64,000 bases of DNA from Verrucomicrobiaceae bacterium (GTDB lineage Bacteria; Verrucomicrobiota; Verrucomicrobiia; Verrucomicrobiales; Akkermansiaceae), in assembly GCA_051252135.1 (NCBI GenBank), contig JBPOGH010000002.1:64001-128000 (forward strand), in the 5' to 3' direction. How positions within the stretch are numbered: the first letter of the stretch is position 1; each line of letters begins with the position of its first letter. A program made the translations under genes and the position numbers. Below are positions 48,219 to 58,653 of the stretch, piece by piece. A model generated the notes under the pieces. It was not told the origin of the DNA. It saw nothing but the letters and a program-made list of their open reading frames with translations, and did no database searches.

Positions 48219-49553
48219 TTAGCGGTAGAAGCAGCAGCCGGTGGCTTGGCGATTGTGGCCGGCACCGTAGCCACCCTCGGCGAAGAGGCGATCCTGCGGG
48301 TCTTCGAGGTCGAAGACTTGTTGGCCCTCGATGTGGGTTTCGAGGACGCGGGTGTAGATGGAAAAGGGGTCACCGGAGAGGAGGACGAAGTCGGCTTGCT
48401 TGCCGGGTTCGAGGGAGCCGATGGATTGGTCGAGGTCGAGCATCTTGGCTCCGGAGAGGGTGAGTGCTTCGAGGGCTTTTTCGCGGGACATGCCGGCGCG
48501 GACGCCGATGGCGGCATTGCGAAGAAACCAGCGGGAGTCGTTGATGGGGTCATCGGTGTGGAAGGCGGTGAGGACGCCGCGCTTTTCAAGCTCGGCTCCG
48601 TTGCGCCATTCGAGATCACGGGCTTCGAGTTTACCGCCGGGGGAGTCGAGGAAGATGATGGAGCAGGCGACGTCGGCCGCTGCGATTTCATCGGCGACCT
48701 TCCAGGCTTCGGAGACGTGGTGGAGGACGACCTTGAAGCCAAACTCTTCTTTTAAGCGGAGGACGGTGAGGATGTCATCGTGGCGGTGGGTGTGGTGGTG
48801 GACGGTGCGCTTGCCCTCGAGGATGTCGGCAAGGGTTTCGAGGGCGAGGTCGCGCTCAAAGGGTTTTTCGGGATCCTCCTCCTCGAGGTTCTTGGCGCGC
48901 TTTTTTTGGTAAGCTTGGGCATCGAGGAATTTTTGGCGGACGAGGGCGGCGGACTTGGCGCGGGTGCCGGGGAAGGGGCCGCTTTCGCGAATGGAGTTGG
49001 TGCCGTTGGCCATTTTTACGCCGTAGGCGAGGGAGCCATCGGGGAGTTTGATGGAGAGGTCCTCGACAGTGTTGCCCTTGCGGAGCTTGAGGTAGATGGT
49101 CTGGCCGGAGAGGAGGTGGCCGGATCCGGACATGAGGTTGACGGTGGTGATGCCGCCGGCGCGTGCTTTGTTGATGGAGGTATCGCGGACGTTAATAGAA
49201 TCGAGAACGCGGACTTCGGGTTGGATGGGAGAGGAGGAGTCGGCGCCGGCGACCGAGCCGATGTGGGAGTGGGTGCAGATGAGGCCGGGGATGATGGTTT
49301 TGCCGGTGGCGTCGATGCGCCGGGCGTTGGCAGGGATGTCGACTTGATCGGCAGGGCCGACGGAAAGTATGGTGTCGCCCTCAATGACGATGGTGGCATT
49401 CTCGATCCTGGGAGAGGAGACCGGGTAGATCGTGGCGTTGGTGTAGGCGTGGATGGTGGGCTCGGGGGCGGGAGTTTCCTGAGCGGAGGAAAAGATGAGC
49501 GGGAAGGCGATGACGGGCGCCAAGGCGAGGGCGAGAAGCTTGCGAGAACGCAT
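48219..49553 (-). CDS. Amidohydrolase family protein, secreted
   Basis: PGLICTHSHIG, HTDD, GSLEPGKQADF...GDP. Confidence 0.9.
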   Translation of the reverse strand: MRSRKLLALALAPVIAFPLIFSSAQETPAPEPTIHAYTNATIYPVSSPRIENATIVIEGDTILSVGPADQVDIPANARRIDATGKTIIPGLICTHSHIGSVAGADSSSPIQPEVRVLDSINVRDTSINKARAGGITTVNLMSGSGHLLSGQTIYLKLRKGNTVEDLSIKLPDGSLAYGVKMANGTNSIRESGPFPGTRAKSAALVRQKFLDAQAYQKKRAKNLEEEDPEKPFERDLALETLADILEGKRTVHHHTHRHDDILTVLRLKEEFGFKVVLHHVSEAWKVADEIAAADVACSIIFLDSPGGKLEARDLEWRNGAELEKRGVLTAFHTDDPINDSRWFLRNAAIGVRAGMSREKALEALTLSGAKMLDLDQSIGSLEPGKQADFVLLSGDPFSIYTRVLETHIEGQQVFDLEDPQDRLFAEGGYGAGHNRQATGCCFYR

Positions 49554-49724
49554 GGTGTGAGGTTGAAGGGTGAATGTGGAAGAGTGAAGGATGAATGCGG
49601 GCGAGTGAGAGAACTTTTAATCCGATATGGCCTTCTACGAGATAAGAGTTCATCTAATTTGCATGAAGGAGATGGGATACTATTTTTGAATGGACAGTAT
49701 AATGCCCTGTCGTCATTTTTGGTC

Positions 49725-50765
49725 ATGATGAAATGGTGTCAGAAGGAGAGATACGAGACGAGAATTGGTCGTCTTGTGATTATAGGGGTCCTTGGGGGAG
49801 TAATGACATCGGCGGCCGACGATGATTTCTTTGCGAAGCTGTCGATATCGGCACGCGCGGGCAACACCGGCGCGGAGCTAAAGGCCTTTGGGCAAGGGGC
49901 TGAATTCGAAGGATATCACCCAAATCTTAATACCTTGGGTGGAATCAACGACGATCCTCCTTTCCGAGGGGGATCGGCTGAAGTTTCGGGGAGCGTTTTC
50001 AAAGGAGGAGGATTTGCGAATGGTGAGGCGCAGGCTTTTTGTAGTTCGGATGATGATGAAGGAACTGAATTTGAAGCGAATGCGACAAGCTATACGACCT
50101 TCTCGGGTTCAGATATTTTGAGTTTCGTTAGCAGTGATGCGTTGGAGGTTACTTTTCGGCTGATAGCGGTTGGAAATATCAGCCTTCCCGATGCCTCCGG
50201 TGTCAATGAACGAGCTGCGGGGTCGGTGCAAATCAGAAGGACGAGTCAGAATGCAATGGGGGATGTTACCAATCCATTTGGACAGACTATCGGTTCGGCT
50301 TCAGCATTTGCGAATTCGTTCAACTCGATCGACCAAGATGTCGTGGAGGTCACTTTCGAAGTGCAGCCCGGTGAGAAAATTTATCAGGCATTTACGGGAA
50401 CTCTGGACCTCAATTTTTCGGTCGATGAGGGCGAGCGCGCTTTTCACAAGGGGGCACTTAGAGTGATTTCTTATATTACTTCGATTAAGAAGGATGGGGT
50501 AGAGGTCGAGGTGGAGGTGAGTTCCCACAACGGGGCGGGATGGTTGACGGCGGACTTTCCGATGGGGGCGGAAATCCAGAAGATTGAGAAGACAGAAGAA
50601 GGTGTCTCCTTGGAGGTATTTCCCGGTACTGAGAATGATCTTTCGCTGTGGCGCTCCGAGGATTTGATCATTTGGGAGATGGTGCCTGGAGCGATCAACG
50701 GGTCGGCGCTCATGGACTCGAATTTGTTGAATCGCGCCTTTTATGAGCTGAGGAGTTCGGAGTAA
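49725..50765 (+). CDS. Secreted hypothetical protein
   Basis: The plausible part of ORF 48780-50765 starts near ATG 49725; hydrophobic leader; RSEDL..W...RAFY tail. Confidence 0.65.
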   Translation: MMKWCQKERYETRIGRLVIIGVLGGVMTSAADDDFFAKLSISARAGNTGAELKAFGQGAEFEGYHPNLNTLGGINDDPPFRGGSAEVSGSVFKGGGFANGEAQAFCSSDDDEGTEFEANATSYTTFSGSDILSFVSSDALEVTFRLIAVGNISLPDASGVNERAAGSVQIRRTSQNAMGDVTNPFGQTIGSASAFANSFNSIDQDVVEVTFEVQPGEKIYQAFTGTLDLNFSVDEGERAFHKGALRVISYITSIKKDGVEVEVEVSSHNGAGWLTADFPMGAEIQKIEKTEEGVSLEVFPGTENDLSLWRSEDLIIWEMVPGAINGSALMDSNLLNRAFYELRSSE

Positions 50766-50870
50766 GGATCCTTCGATTTTGGGGTCGTTTCATTTTAGGT
50801 TCAGATCAAGATCCGGCCTATGCAAAACAATGCAATTTACATTAATTAAGTTGGGTCTAAGCTCAAAGAG

Positions 50871-53087
50871 ATGAGCAAGAAGCCTAGAAACTATCTTTTG
50901 GTAGGATTGATTTTCCCCGTAGTTGCGAGCGGAGAAATTATTTCGATTGGTGATGGCAGTTATACGACGGAGCGGCCGGAGGGATGTGAGGCCTTGCCGG
51001 GTGCGGAGGAGATTTATCGAACGGCAGACCTAACGGGGCCGGTGCCGACGAACCAGTGGTGGAGTTCTTTGGTGTGGGAGAAGTTTTCGCAGAACATGTT
51101 TCCGCATCCGCTGGGGATGGTGTGTCACGAGGCGGGGTTGGGGGTGAGTTATCCGGGGGGCGGGATCGATGGCAAGTCGGGGAATATCATGGGCGGCGGG
51201 GTGTCGAAGGGGGGTGATTTTTCGATCGGGCATTCGGCGATGGCGGAATTTCCGGATGCGCGCTTGGCGGGGAATTCGGACTGGATGATCACGGCGGAAT
51301 TTGCGGAGGGGGAGGCGAAGCTGCGGACGAGCTTTGGGCACGGGAGTCCTTTTGTTTTTGGGGAGGTGGAAGGTGGCGAGGTGGTGCTGACGATGGCGCA
51401 CAAGCCGATTGTTTGGGAAGGGGAAAAAGGGGATGCGGTGATTGGGCTGACGGTGCGCGGGAGTCACTATGGTTTGTTTGGAGGGAGGGGATCGAAGTGG
51501 ACGGGGCTTGAGGGGACGGTGGTGAGGAATGAGAAGGGGAAGGGGTATTTTTCGGTGGCTTTGTTACCGAAGGGTGATGAAAAGACGCTGAAGATGTTTG
51601 CGAAGCATGCGCATCTGCATGTGGTGGATACGCGGGTGGTGCCGAAGGTTGAGAAGGGTGAGGTGAGTTCGACTTATCGGGTGGTAACGAAGGCGATGGA
51701 GGGAAAGGGTGAGGGAACGATTTTGGCGCTTTATCCGCATCAGTGGAAATACAGTGAGGCGAAGCTGAGTGAGCTGAGTTATCGCTCGGTGCGGGGTGAG
51801 ATGAAGGTGTTTGCGGGGGAGGAGTTTACGACCCGGGTTCCGGTGCAGGGCTTGCTGCCGATGCTGCCGAAGGAGGGGATTGCGGATCGTGAGCGGATGG
51901 TGGCTTATCTGAAGAAGGAGGCGGGTCCGCTGAAGGATGAATACGGTGATACCTACTGGGAGGGGAAGCATCTCGGGAAGTTGGCGACGCTGAGCGGGAT
52001 TGCGGAGATGGTGGGCGAGGATGCGTTGGTGGATCGGTTTGCGGGAGAAATTGCGAGTCGGTTGGAGAACTGGCTGACGGCATCGGAAGGCGAGAAGGCT
52101 CCGTTGTTTTATTATGACAAGACGTGGGGGAGTTTGATTGGGAGTCGTGCTTCGTATGGAAGTGATTCGCAGTTGAACGATCACCATTTTCACTATGGAT
52201 ATTTTATTCGGGCGGCGGCGGAAGTGGCACGGCTGGATCCGGAGTGGGCGAAGAAGTGGGGGCCGATGATCAATTTGATTATTGAAGATATTGCTTCGGC
52301 GAAGCGGGGGGATGAGATGTTTCCTTATCTGCGTTGCTTCGATTTGTATGCGGGGCACTCGTGGGCGTCGGGGCACGCGAAGTTTGGGGACGGGAACAAT
52401 CAGGAGTCATCATCGGAGTCGCTCAACGCGTGGTATGGGATGATGCTGTGGGGCGAGGTGACGGGTGATGAGGGGATTCGGGATTTGGGGACGTTTCTGT
52501 TCAACACCGAGCGGACAGCGGTGGAGGAGTATTGGTTTGATGTATCGGGGACGAACTTCCCGAAGGATTTTCCGAATGTGGCGTTGGGAATGATTTGGGG
52601 AGGGAAGGGGGCGTTTGCGACGTGGTTCTCGGGAGATATCGATTGCATTCACGGGATCAACTGGCTGCCGTTTACTCCGGCATCGATTTACATGGGGAGG
52701 CATCCGGAATACGTGAAGAAGAACCACGATATGATTGTGTCGCGTCGTGAAGGCGGAGCGGACTACAACAATGGTTGGGGAGATTTGGTGGTGATGTTTG
52801 GTGCGCTGGAGAATCCGAAGATTGGGGTGGATTATCTGAACGGGCTTCCGGAGTGTTCACTGGAAGGAGGAAATACGCATGCGTTTATGTATCAGTGGAT
52901 GAACACCCTGGATCGTCTGGGGAGGAATGATGCGGGAGTGAGGGCGGATTATCCATTTACCAATGTGTTCTTGAAGGAGGGCAAGAAGACCTATGCGGCT
53001 TATAATTTTGGGAAGAAGCCTTTAAAGGTGACTTTTTCCGACGGGACGGTGATGAAGGCGGAGCCGGACGGGATGACGGTGAAGTGA
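50871..53087 (+). CDS. Glycoside hydrolase family 81 endo-1,3-beta-glucanase
   Basis: PTNQWWSS, NDHHFHYGY, GHSWASG, NQESSSE. Confidence 0.92.
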   Translation: MSKKPRNYLLVGLIFPVVASGEIISIGDGSYTTERPEGCEALPGAEEIYRTADLTGPVPTNQWWSSLVWEKFSQNMFPHPLGMVCHEAGLGVSYPGGGIDGKSGNIMGGGVSKGGDFSIGHSAMAEFPDARLAGNSDWMITAEFAEGEAKLRTSFGHGSPFVFGEVEGGEVVLTMAHKPIVWEGEKGDAVIGLTVRGSHYGLFGGRGSKWTGLEGTVVRNEKGKGYFSVALLPKGDEKTLKMFAKHAHLHVVDTRVVPKVEKGEVSSTYRVVTKAMEGKGEGTILALYPHQWKYSEAKLSELSYRSVRGEMKVFAGEEFTTRVPVQGLLPMLPKEGIADRERMVAYLKKEAGPLKDEYGDTYWEGKHLGKLATLSGIAEMVGEDALVDRFAGEIASRLENWLTASEGEKAPLFYYDKTWGSLIGSRASYGSDSQLNDHHFHYGYFIRAAAEVARLDPEWAKKWGPMINLIIEDIASAKRGDEMFPYLRCFDLYAGHSWASGHAKFGDGNNQESSSESLNAWYGMMLWGEVTGDEGIRDLGTFLFNTERTAVEEYWFDVSGTNFPKDFPNVALGMIWGGKGAFATWFSGDIDCIHGINWLPFTPASIYMGRHPEYVKKNHDMIVSRREGGADYNNGWGDLVVMFGALENPKIGVDYLNGLPECSLEGGNTHAFMYQWMNTLDRLGRNDAGVRADYPFTNVFLKEGKKTYAAYNFGKKPLKVTFSDGTVMKAEPDGMTVK

Positions 53088-53319
53088 AGGTGCGGTCATT
53101 TTGTTGGAATCATTTAACTGTGGTCGGATCAAGGGGGTGGAATTATAATTTAAAAATTCTAGATAGTGTTAGCCGATAGGGATTCGACATGATTCAGATT
53201 CATGATGATTCCACTTCTGTAACATTTGTTAGAAAATAATTAATTGACGGTACACTTAAAACGATCATAAGGGCGCTGCGTTCCGGGTCCCCCCGACGGG
53301 TCGTGCAATCTTATTTAGC

Positions 53320-54195
53320 ATGAAAGCATCTTATAAAATACAGCGTCAATTAAGCGGGAGTGGGAAGTTTTTGCGATACTCCCTGGTGGGGGTCGGTTCT
53401 TTGGCCCTGGCAGGGATCATGAATGCCGCGGTGATTGCTGGCACCGGTTCCGGAATGGGTCTTTCGGTCGAAGTGGCTGTTGGAGGAGTGACTGGAATCA
53501 CGGTGGGACCGGAAGCGCAGATTCAGGTGACGTCTCCCGGTCCCGATTCTCTGAATGCTTCGGTCTTAGCGGTGAACGAGACCGTGACGATGCTGGGATC
53601 GGTGGGCGCGCAGAATGGGGTCGACAATGCCATTGTGGGTTCGGCCTTTTCAGATGTGACGGGAGTGGGGACGACGGGAAATTCCAGTGGTTCTTCGACG
53701 GTTCATCAACTTGGGATCACGTTGGTTCCGGGGGTGGCGCTGACGCCTGATTTTTTATCTCTGAGTTCAACGGCCATCAGTTCCACGACCAGCAGCACCG
53801 GTCAATTTGGAGCGTTGAGCTCGACCGGATCGGTGGTTCTGACCGACCTGGTGATTGTGGTTGATGGGGTGACACTGGCGCTGGCTTCCAATCCTCCGCC
53901 CAATACGATTGTGGATCTGGCGGCGTCCGGAATCACGGATACCGATATATTGGCCAACCTTACGATTATTTTAAATGAACAGGTCGCAACGGGAGATGGT
54001 TTGGAGTCGACCGGTTTGACGACGAATGCCTTGAGGATTTCCCTGGGGGCAATTGATCTGGGCCTGCCTGGCGGGAATGTGGTGAGCGAGATCATTGCCG
54101 GGCAATCGAGCTCGTCGATGAGTGCGGTTCCGGAGCCCTCTGTTTTCGCGCTGTTGGCGTTTTTTCCGGGAATGATGCTGTTGCGCCGTCGATAA
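53320..54195 (+). CDS. PEP-CTERM protein
   Basis: S/T/G-rich body; VPEPSVFALLAFFPGMMLLRRR. Confidence 0.88.
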   Translation: MKASYKIQRQLSGSGKFLRYSLVGVGSLALAGIMNAAVIAGTGSGMGLSVEVAVGGVTGITVGPEAQIQVTSPGPDSLNASVLAVNETVTMLGSVGAQNGVDNAIVGSAFSDVTGVGTTGNSSGSSTVHQLGITLVPGVALTPDFLSLSSTAISSTTSSTGQFGALSSTGSVVLTDLVIVVDGVTLALASNPPPNTIVDLAASGITDTDILANLTIILNEQVATGDGLESTGLTTNALRISLGAIDLGLPGGNVVSEIIAGQSSSSMSAVPEPSVFALLAFFPGMMLLRRR

Positions 54196-54370
54196 GACGG
54201 GGAATCGGTTCTATACCGGATTGAATTTTGTTGCGGGGGCAATGGATGGCCCCTGCGAGGAAAAGTGGAGACCGGGGGCACCGTAAAACGAATTGATTGC
54301 CGGGCTCCCTCCTTTGGTCTTGAATCAGGGCATCACGACGTCGATCCAAAATAAAGAGAGTCCCTCACTT

Positions 54371-54946
54371 TTGCTTCAATTGCGTGAGAAGACCGCCTCG
54401 GCCCACCGGGAACTGGATGAAGGTCTTGAGGTGGAGAGGATTGTGGCATCCCGGGAACCGTATCTGGCTTATCTGGAGGGGTTTCGTGATGGGTTTCTTG
54501 AAACCTGCGGGATGATCAATTGGTCGGAGTTGTCGGCCCACGGAGCTCCGGATCTAGAGAGACGGCAGGAGCGTTTTGTGTGTCTTTTTCACGATATTTC
54601 CGAATTGAAAGAGGGAGGTGGGAGTCCGCCGGATCTTTCGTTCAAGGAGGGGGGGGCAACGGGTTTTGCTTGTTCTCTGGGTGCCTTCTACGTGTTGGAA
54701 GGCAGTGTGCACGGCGGGCACCAGATCTTAAAATTGCTGCAGCAGAATGTCGTGGATCTGCGCGAGGAGGAATGTGGGTTTGTGAAGGGATTTGGCGGCG
54801 AGAACGGCCCTTTTTGGAAGAGGTTTTGTGTGTGGATGGATTCGGTGAGTCTTGATCCTTCGGAACAGGAGGTTGCGGTTGAAGCAGCGCTTCAGACCTT
54901 TGGTATTTTTAAGCGGAACTTTCAGGACTCCGATCATTTAAAATGA
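54371..54946 (+). CDS. bphO: Biliverdin-producing heme oxygenase (start uncertain; ORF open from 54293)
   Basis: LRE.T...H..L, YVLEGS..GG, W..F; ATGA overlap with the phytochrome gene. Confidence 0.88.
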   Translation: MLQLREKTASAHRELDEGLEVERIVASREPYLAYLEGFRDGFLETCGMINWSELSAHGAPDLERRQERFVCLFHDISELKEGGGSPPDLSFKEGGATGFACSLGAFYVLEGSVHGGHQILKLLQQNVVDLREEECGFVKGFGGENGPFWKRFCVWMDSVSLDPSEQEVAVEAALQTFGIFKRNFQDSDHLK

Positions 54947-57150
54947 AGCCGACCTCACTTCAAAATTGCGCGGACGAGCCGATCACGATTCCGGGTTCGG
55001 TTCAGGGGCACGGGGTTCTTTTTGCGCTGCACGGGAAGACCCTGGTGATCGAGCAGGTGAGTGCGAATTGTGCCGACTTGCTTGGGGTGAGTGCGGAAGA
55101 ATTGCTGGGGACCTCGATTGTGGGACTGGTGAAGCCATCGCAAGAGGAGCGCTTTGTGTGGCTGGTCAATGAGGCTGCCGAGAATCACATCAATCCGATT
55201 GAGAATGATTTTCTGAGGAGTGACGGTTCGTTTCTCCGATGCAACGGCATTGCCCATGTGATCGGGAATGACATCACCTTGCTTGAGCTTGAGCCCAAGA
55301 ATCTCGAGGACGTTTCCGGCGAGAGTCTCGATAATTATTTCCAGTTGGTGCAGCAAACCCTGCAAGCGAGTTCGTCGCTTTCGACGACTGATGAGATCAG
55401 CGGTCTGATGGCGAGACGGGTGAAGAAGTTCACCGGTTTTGACCGGGTGTTGATTTATCGTTTTGCGGCAGACGGGAGTGGCGAGGTGATCGGGGAGGCC
55501 TGTGAGCCGGAGATGGAGCCTTTTCTGCATCTGCACTATCCTGCCAGTGATATTCCTCCGCAGGCGCGAGAGCTTTATCTGAAGAATTGGGTTCGTCTGC
55601 TTCGTGATACCGACGCCGAAGTTTCGCCCATTCTTCCGGTGAGTCACCCGCGGTTGGGATCACCGACGCCTCTTGATCGCTCGGTTCTGAGGAGTATGTC
55701 TCCGATCCATCTTCAGTATCTCCGGAATATGGGGGTGCGGGCGACGTTGACGATCTCGTTGATTGTGGATGGGAAGCTTTGGGGTTTGATTGCCTGCCAT
55801 CATTCGTCACCGCGCTTTGTTTCGTATGGGGTGCGGTCCACTTCCTCGCTTTTTGGGGTGGTGTTGTCCGGGGAGTTGGCACGGGCGGAAAGTGCGAAGA
55901 AAACGATTGACCGGGTCACCTCGGAGCAGGCTGTGGCGCGTCTGCTGGGGACGATGGATCCGACGGAGTCGGTGGATCATTCGATTTCGAAGTGCCTTAC
56001 GGGTCTTGCCGATATTTTCAAGGCGGACGGGGTGGCCTATGTGGACCGGGAGTCGATTATTTCGCAGGGAAGTTGCCCCGACGATGAGGGGATCCGGTTT
56101 ATCCGGACCAGACTGGGGTTGGAGGGGAAGGAGGATATTATTTTGACGGATGCGGTGCGTGAGGAGTTTCCGGAGCTGTCCCAATTTCTCCCGCAAGCGG
56201 CGGGATTGATTGCGATTCCGTTTGGAAGTGAGACCTGGATAATGATTTTCCGCGACGAGGCTCCGATATCGATTCGTTGGGGGGGGAATCCCAATGTTGA
56301 TAAAGGGAAGGATGATCCCGGGAGGCTCACGCCGCGGGCGAGCTTTCAAGCATGGACGGAGGAAGTGGCGGGGCACTCGCTACCCTGGCCGGATCATACG
56401 GGCCTGATTGTTGATGAGCTTCGTTCAGGGTTGGCTGTTCTTGTGATGTCTCGAAATCGGATTCTTGAGAATTCCAATGAGGAGTTGAGGCATTTTGCGA
56501 GCGTGATCGCCCATGAGGTGAAATCGCAGCTGCAACCGCCCTTGATGGCGCTTTGTTTGGTGAAGGAGCAGGCACCGGAGGGGCAGCTGGAGTCGATGAT
56601 TGATTTGGGACTGAACTCGCTTTCGACCTTATCGGAATTCACCTCCGAGATGCTTCAGTTTGCCCATATGGAGGTGGATGCTGCGGAGTTTGACGAAGTG
56701 GATTTGAAGGAGGTGGCGGAGTTGGCGGTGGAGCAAGCGGTGGAATCACTGGCGATGGACGGGGTGGAGGTGACGATCGGGAATCTTCCTGCCCGTAGGA
56801 CGTCCCGGAGTCAGGCCCAGCATCTTTTTTTGAATCTGGTGAAGAACGCGTTCATTCACGGACCGGATGAGAAGCGGGAGGAGTTTGCGGTGGAGGTGGG
56901 AAATGAAGAGACGGGAAAGGGGCAGGTTTTCTATGTGAGGGACAACGGTCGTGGAATTCCCGAGGAGGAGCAGGAGAAGATTTTTGAGTATTTTTACCGG
57001 GGAGCGAGTAGCAAGAGCCGGACAGGGACGGGCATTGGGCTTGGTTTTATCAAGCGTCTTCTGGAGCGGGGCGGCGATTCGATCTGGGTGGAGTCGGTGC
57101 CGGGAGAGGGGACGACGTTTTACTTCACGCTGGGGAAGCAGGGAGGGTAG
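54943..57150 (+). CDS. bphP: Bacteriophytochrome histidine kinase (PAS-GAF-PHY-HisKA-HATPase)
   Basis: N-terminal C..EPI.IPGSVQ.HG, YPASDIP, H.QY..NM, PR.SF; H-box AHE, N, DNGRGI, GTGIGL. Confidence 0.93.
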   Translation: MKPTSLQNCADEPITIPGSVQGHGVLFALHGKTLVIEQVSANCADLLGVSAEELLGTSIVGLVKPSQEERFVWLVNEAAENHINPIENDFLRSDGSFLRCNGIAHVIGNDITLLELEPKNLEDVSGESLDNYFQLVQQTLQASSSLSTTDEISGLMARRVKKFTGFDRVLIYRFAADGSGEVIGEACEPEMEPFLHLHYPASDIPPQARELYLKNWVRLLRDTDAEVSPILPVSHPRLGSPTPLDRSVLRSMSPIHLQYLRNMGVRATLTISLIVDGKLWGLIACHHSSPRFVSYGVRSTSSLFGVVLSGELARAESAKKTIDRVTSEQAVARLLGTMDPTESVDHSISKCLTGLADIFKADGVAYVDRESIISQGSCPDDEGIRFIRTRLGLEGKEDIILTDAVREEFPELSQFLPQAAGLIAIPFGSETWIMIFRDEAPISIRWGGNPNVDKGKDDPGRLTPRASFQAWTEEVAGHSLPWPDHTGLIVDELRSGLAVLVMSRNRILENSNEELRHFASVIAHEVKSQLQPPLMALCLVKEQAPEGQLESMIDLGLNSLSTLSEFTSEMLQFAHMEVDAAEFDEVDLKEVAELAVEQAVESLAMDGVEVTIGNLPARRTSRSQAQHLFLNLVKNAFIHGPDEKREEFAVEVGNEETGKGQVFYVRDNGRGIPEEEQEKIFEYFYRGASSKSRTGTGIGLGFIKRLLERGGDSIWVESVPGEGTTFYFTLGKQGG

Positions 57151-57157
57151 CGGGCCG

Positions 57158-58207
57158 TTATTTTTTGCCGGTCATCATGGTCCAGTGGCTGCCGTGGGGG
57201 CCGATGCCGATGAGGTTGGCGCCTTGGGAGAACATAATGAAGCGGTGGCCGTCGGAGGCGAACCAGGCGTTGTAGGCGGAGGTGTGGGAGGAGGATCCCA
57301 TGAAGATGTTTTCGCCGGTGGCCTGGTGTTGGAACTTGGCGACGCGGGCGCGGTCCCAGGGGGATTTTTTACCTTCGACGGGGGATTCGTGGGCGAAGAA
57401 GCCGAGGGTGGCCATATCGACGGAGTGTCCCTTGGCGGCGGCGGAGAGGCGCTCGTTGATGAGGAGGGGCGGGATGCCGAAGAGGGTGCGGTTGGCGTTA
57501 AGGAGGGCGGTGAAGTCTTTTTGGGAGGCGTTGGCCCAGGGGAAGGCGGTGTTTTGTTCGGTGGTGGATTTCAGGAGGTCGACTTCTTTGCGAATGGCGG
57601 CGATTTGATTTTTGGTGGTGAGGTAGACTTCGCCATCGAACGAGTCGTTGAGGACTTGTTCGGGGGTGAGGGGGTCTTGTGCGGGCTCGTCTTCATCGAT
57701 GAGCTGGAGCTCGCGGTGGACTTCGACGAGGGCGGTGGTGATGGCGCTGACGGCGGCTTCGAATTTTGCGGAGTCGGCTTTGGCGATTTTGCGGATTTGT
57801 TGGTTGAGGCGGGTGAGGGATTCGACCTCGTTGCGGAGCATTTTGATTTTTCCGGAGTCTTTTTTGTAGTCGGTGTGGATGAGGGGGAAGATGCGTTTGC
57901 GTTCCTGGTCGAGATCTTCGGTGAGGAGGTCGATGCCGTGGAAGGGGTTTTCGTTTTGATCGGCGAGGAGGCGGGCGAGGCGTTTTTCGTGTGCGGCGCG
58001 GGCTTTTTCGAGGGTGGCGCGGTAGACGGGCTTGGCGGATTCGCCGTAGAGCTGGAAGGAGCGGTAGGCGGCCTGGCGGCGTTCGGGGTTTTGGTCCTGC
58101 ATCCACTGGAGGGCTTTGCGGACGGCCATGGCGGGAATTTGTTCTCCTGCTTCCTGGGCGGGGAGGACGGCGATGAGGCCGAGAGTGAGGGCGAGGAGGA
58201 GCTTCAT
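57158..58207 (-). CDS. Secreted CAP (SCP) domain protein
   Basis: HS.DM...FFAH, GENI, W..S.GH. Confidence 0.85.
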   Translation of the reverse strand: MKLLLALTLGLIAVLPAQEAGEQIPAMAVRKALQWMQDQNPERRQAAYRSFQLYGESAKPVYRATLEKARAAHEKRLARLLADQNENPFHGIDLLTEDLDQERKRIFPLIHTDYKKDSGKIKMLRNEVESLTRLNQQIRKIAKADSAKFEAAVSAITTALVEVHRELQLIDEDEPAQDPLTPEQVLNDSFDGEVYLTTKNQIAAIRKEVDLLKSTTEQNTAFPWANASQKDFTALLNANRTLFGIPPLLINERLSAAAKGHSVDMATLGFFAHESPVEGKKSPWDRARVAKFQHQATGENIFMGSSSHTSAYNAWFASDGHRFIMFSQGANLIGIGPHGSHWTMMTGKK

Positions 58208-58302
58208 GGTGTGATGGAAACGGTAGTGAGCGGGGTCACTTTTTCAATATTGGAGTTTTTCATCGCTTGACGGTGGGGCGGGTTCCTTCTTTCGTGGCGG
58301 CC

Positions 58303-58653
58303 ATGCAGCGCATTCAACTGAAGTCCAAGCTTCATCGGGCGATTATCACGCAAGCGGATATCGACTATGAGGGAAGTATCGAAATTCCTTCCGATTTGAT
58401 GGAGGCAGCCGGGCTCTGGGAGGGTGAGCGGGTGCTGGTGACCTCGATGACGGCGGGTGGTCGTCTGGAGACTTACGCGCAGGCGGGCGAGCCTGGGACC
58501 GGCAATATCATCATCAACGGAGGGGCCGCCCATTTGATTAAGAAGGGTGAGCGGGTGACGATCATGGCATTCGGGATTTCGACGGAGCAAATTCTGCCCC
58601 GGCGGCATGTGCTGAATGATCAGAACAAGATCATCAAATCCTCAGGGGTCTGA
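58303..58653 (+). CDS. panD: Aspartate 1-decarboxylase
   Basis: KSKLHRA, YEGSI cleavage site, RLETY, NGGAA. Confidence 0.95.
   Translation: MQRIQLKSKLHRAIITQADIDYEGSIEIPSDLMEAAGLWEGERVLVTSMTAGGRLETYAQAGEPGTGNIIINGGAAHLIKKGERVTIMAFGISTEQILPRRHVLNDQNKIIKSSGV

Noticed and set aside
19401..48755. Long G/E/V-rich antisense ORFs and S/P/T-rich alternate-frame ORFs
   Set aside because: They shadow real genes, have no motifs and are explained by high GC and codon skew.
48780..49724. N-terminal extension of ORF 48780-50765
   Set aside because: Mostly antisense to the amidohydrolase gene; only the part from about 49725 looks coding.
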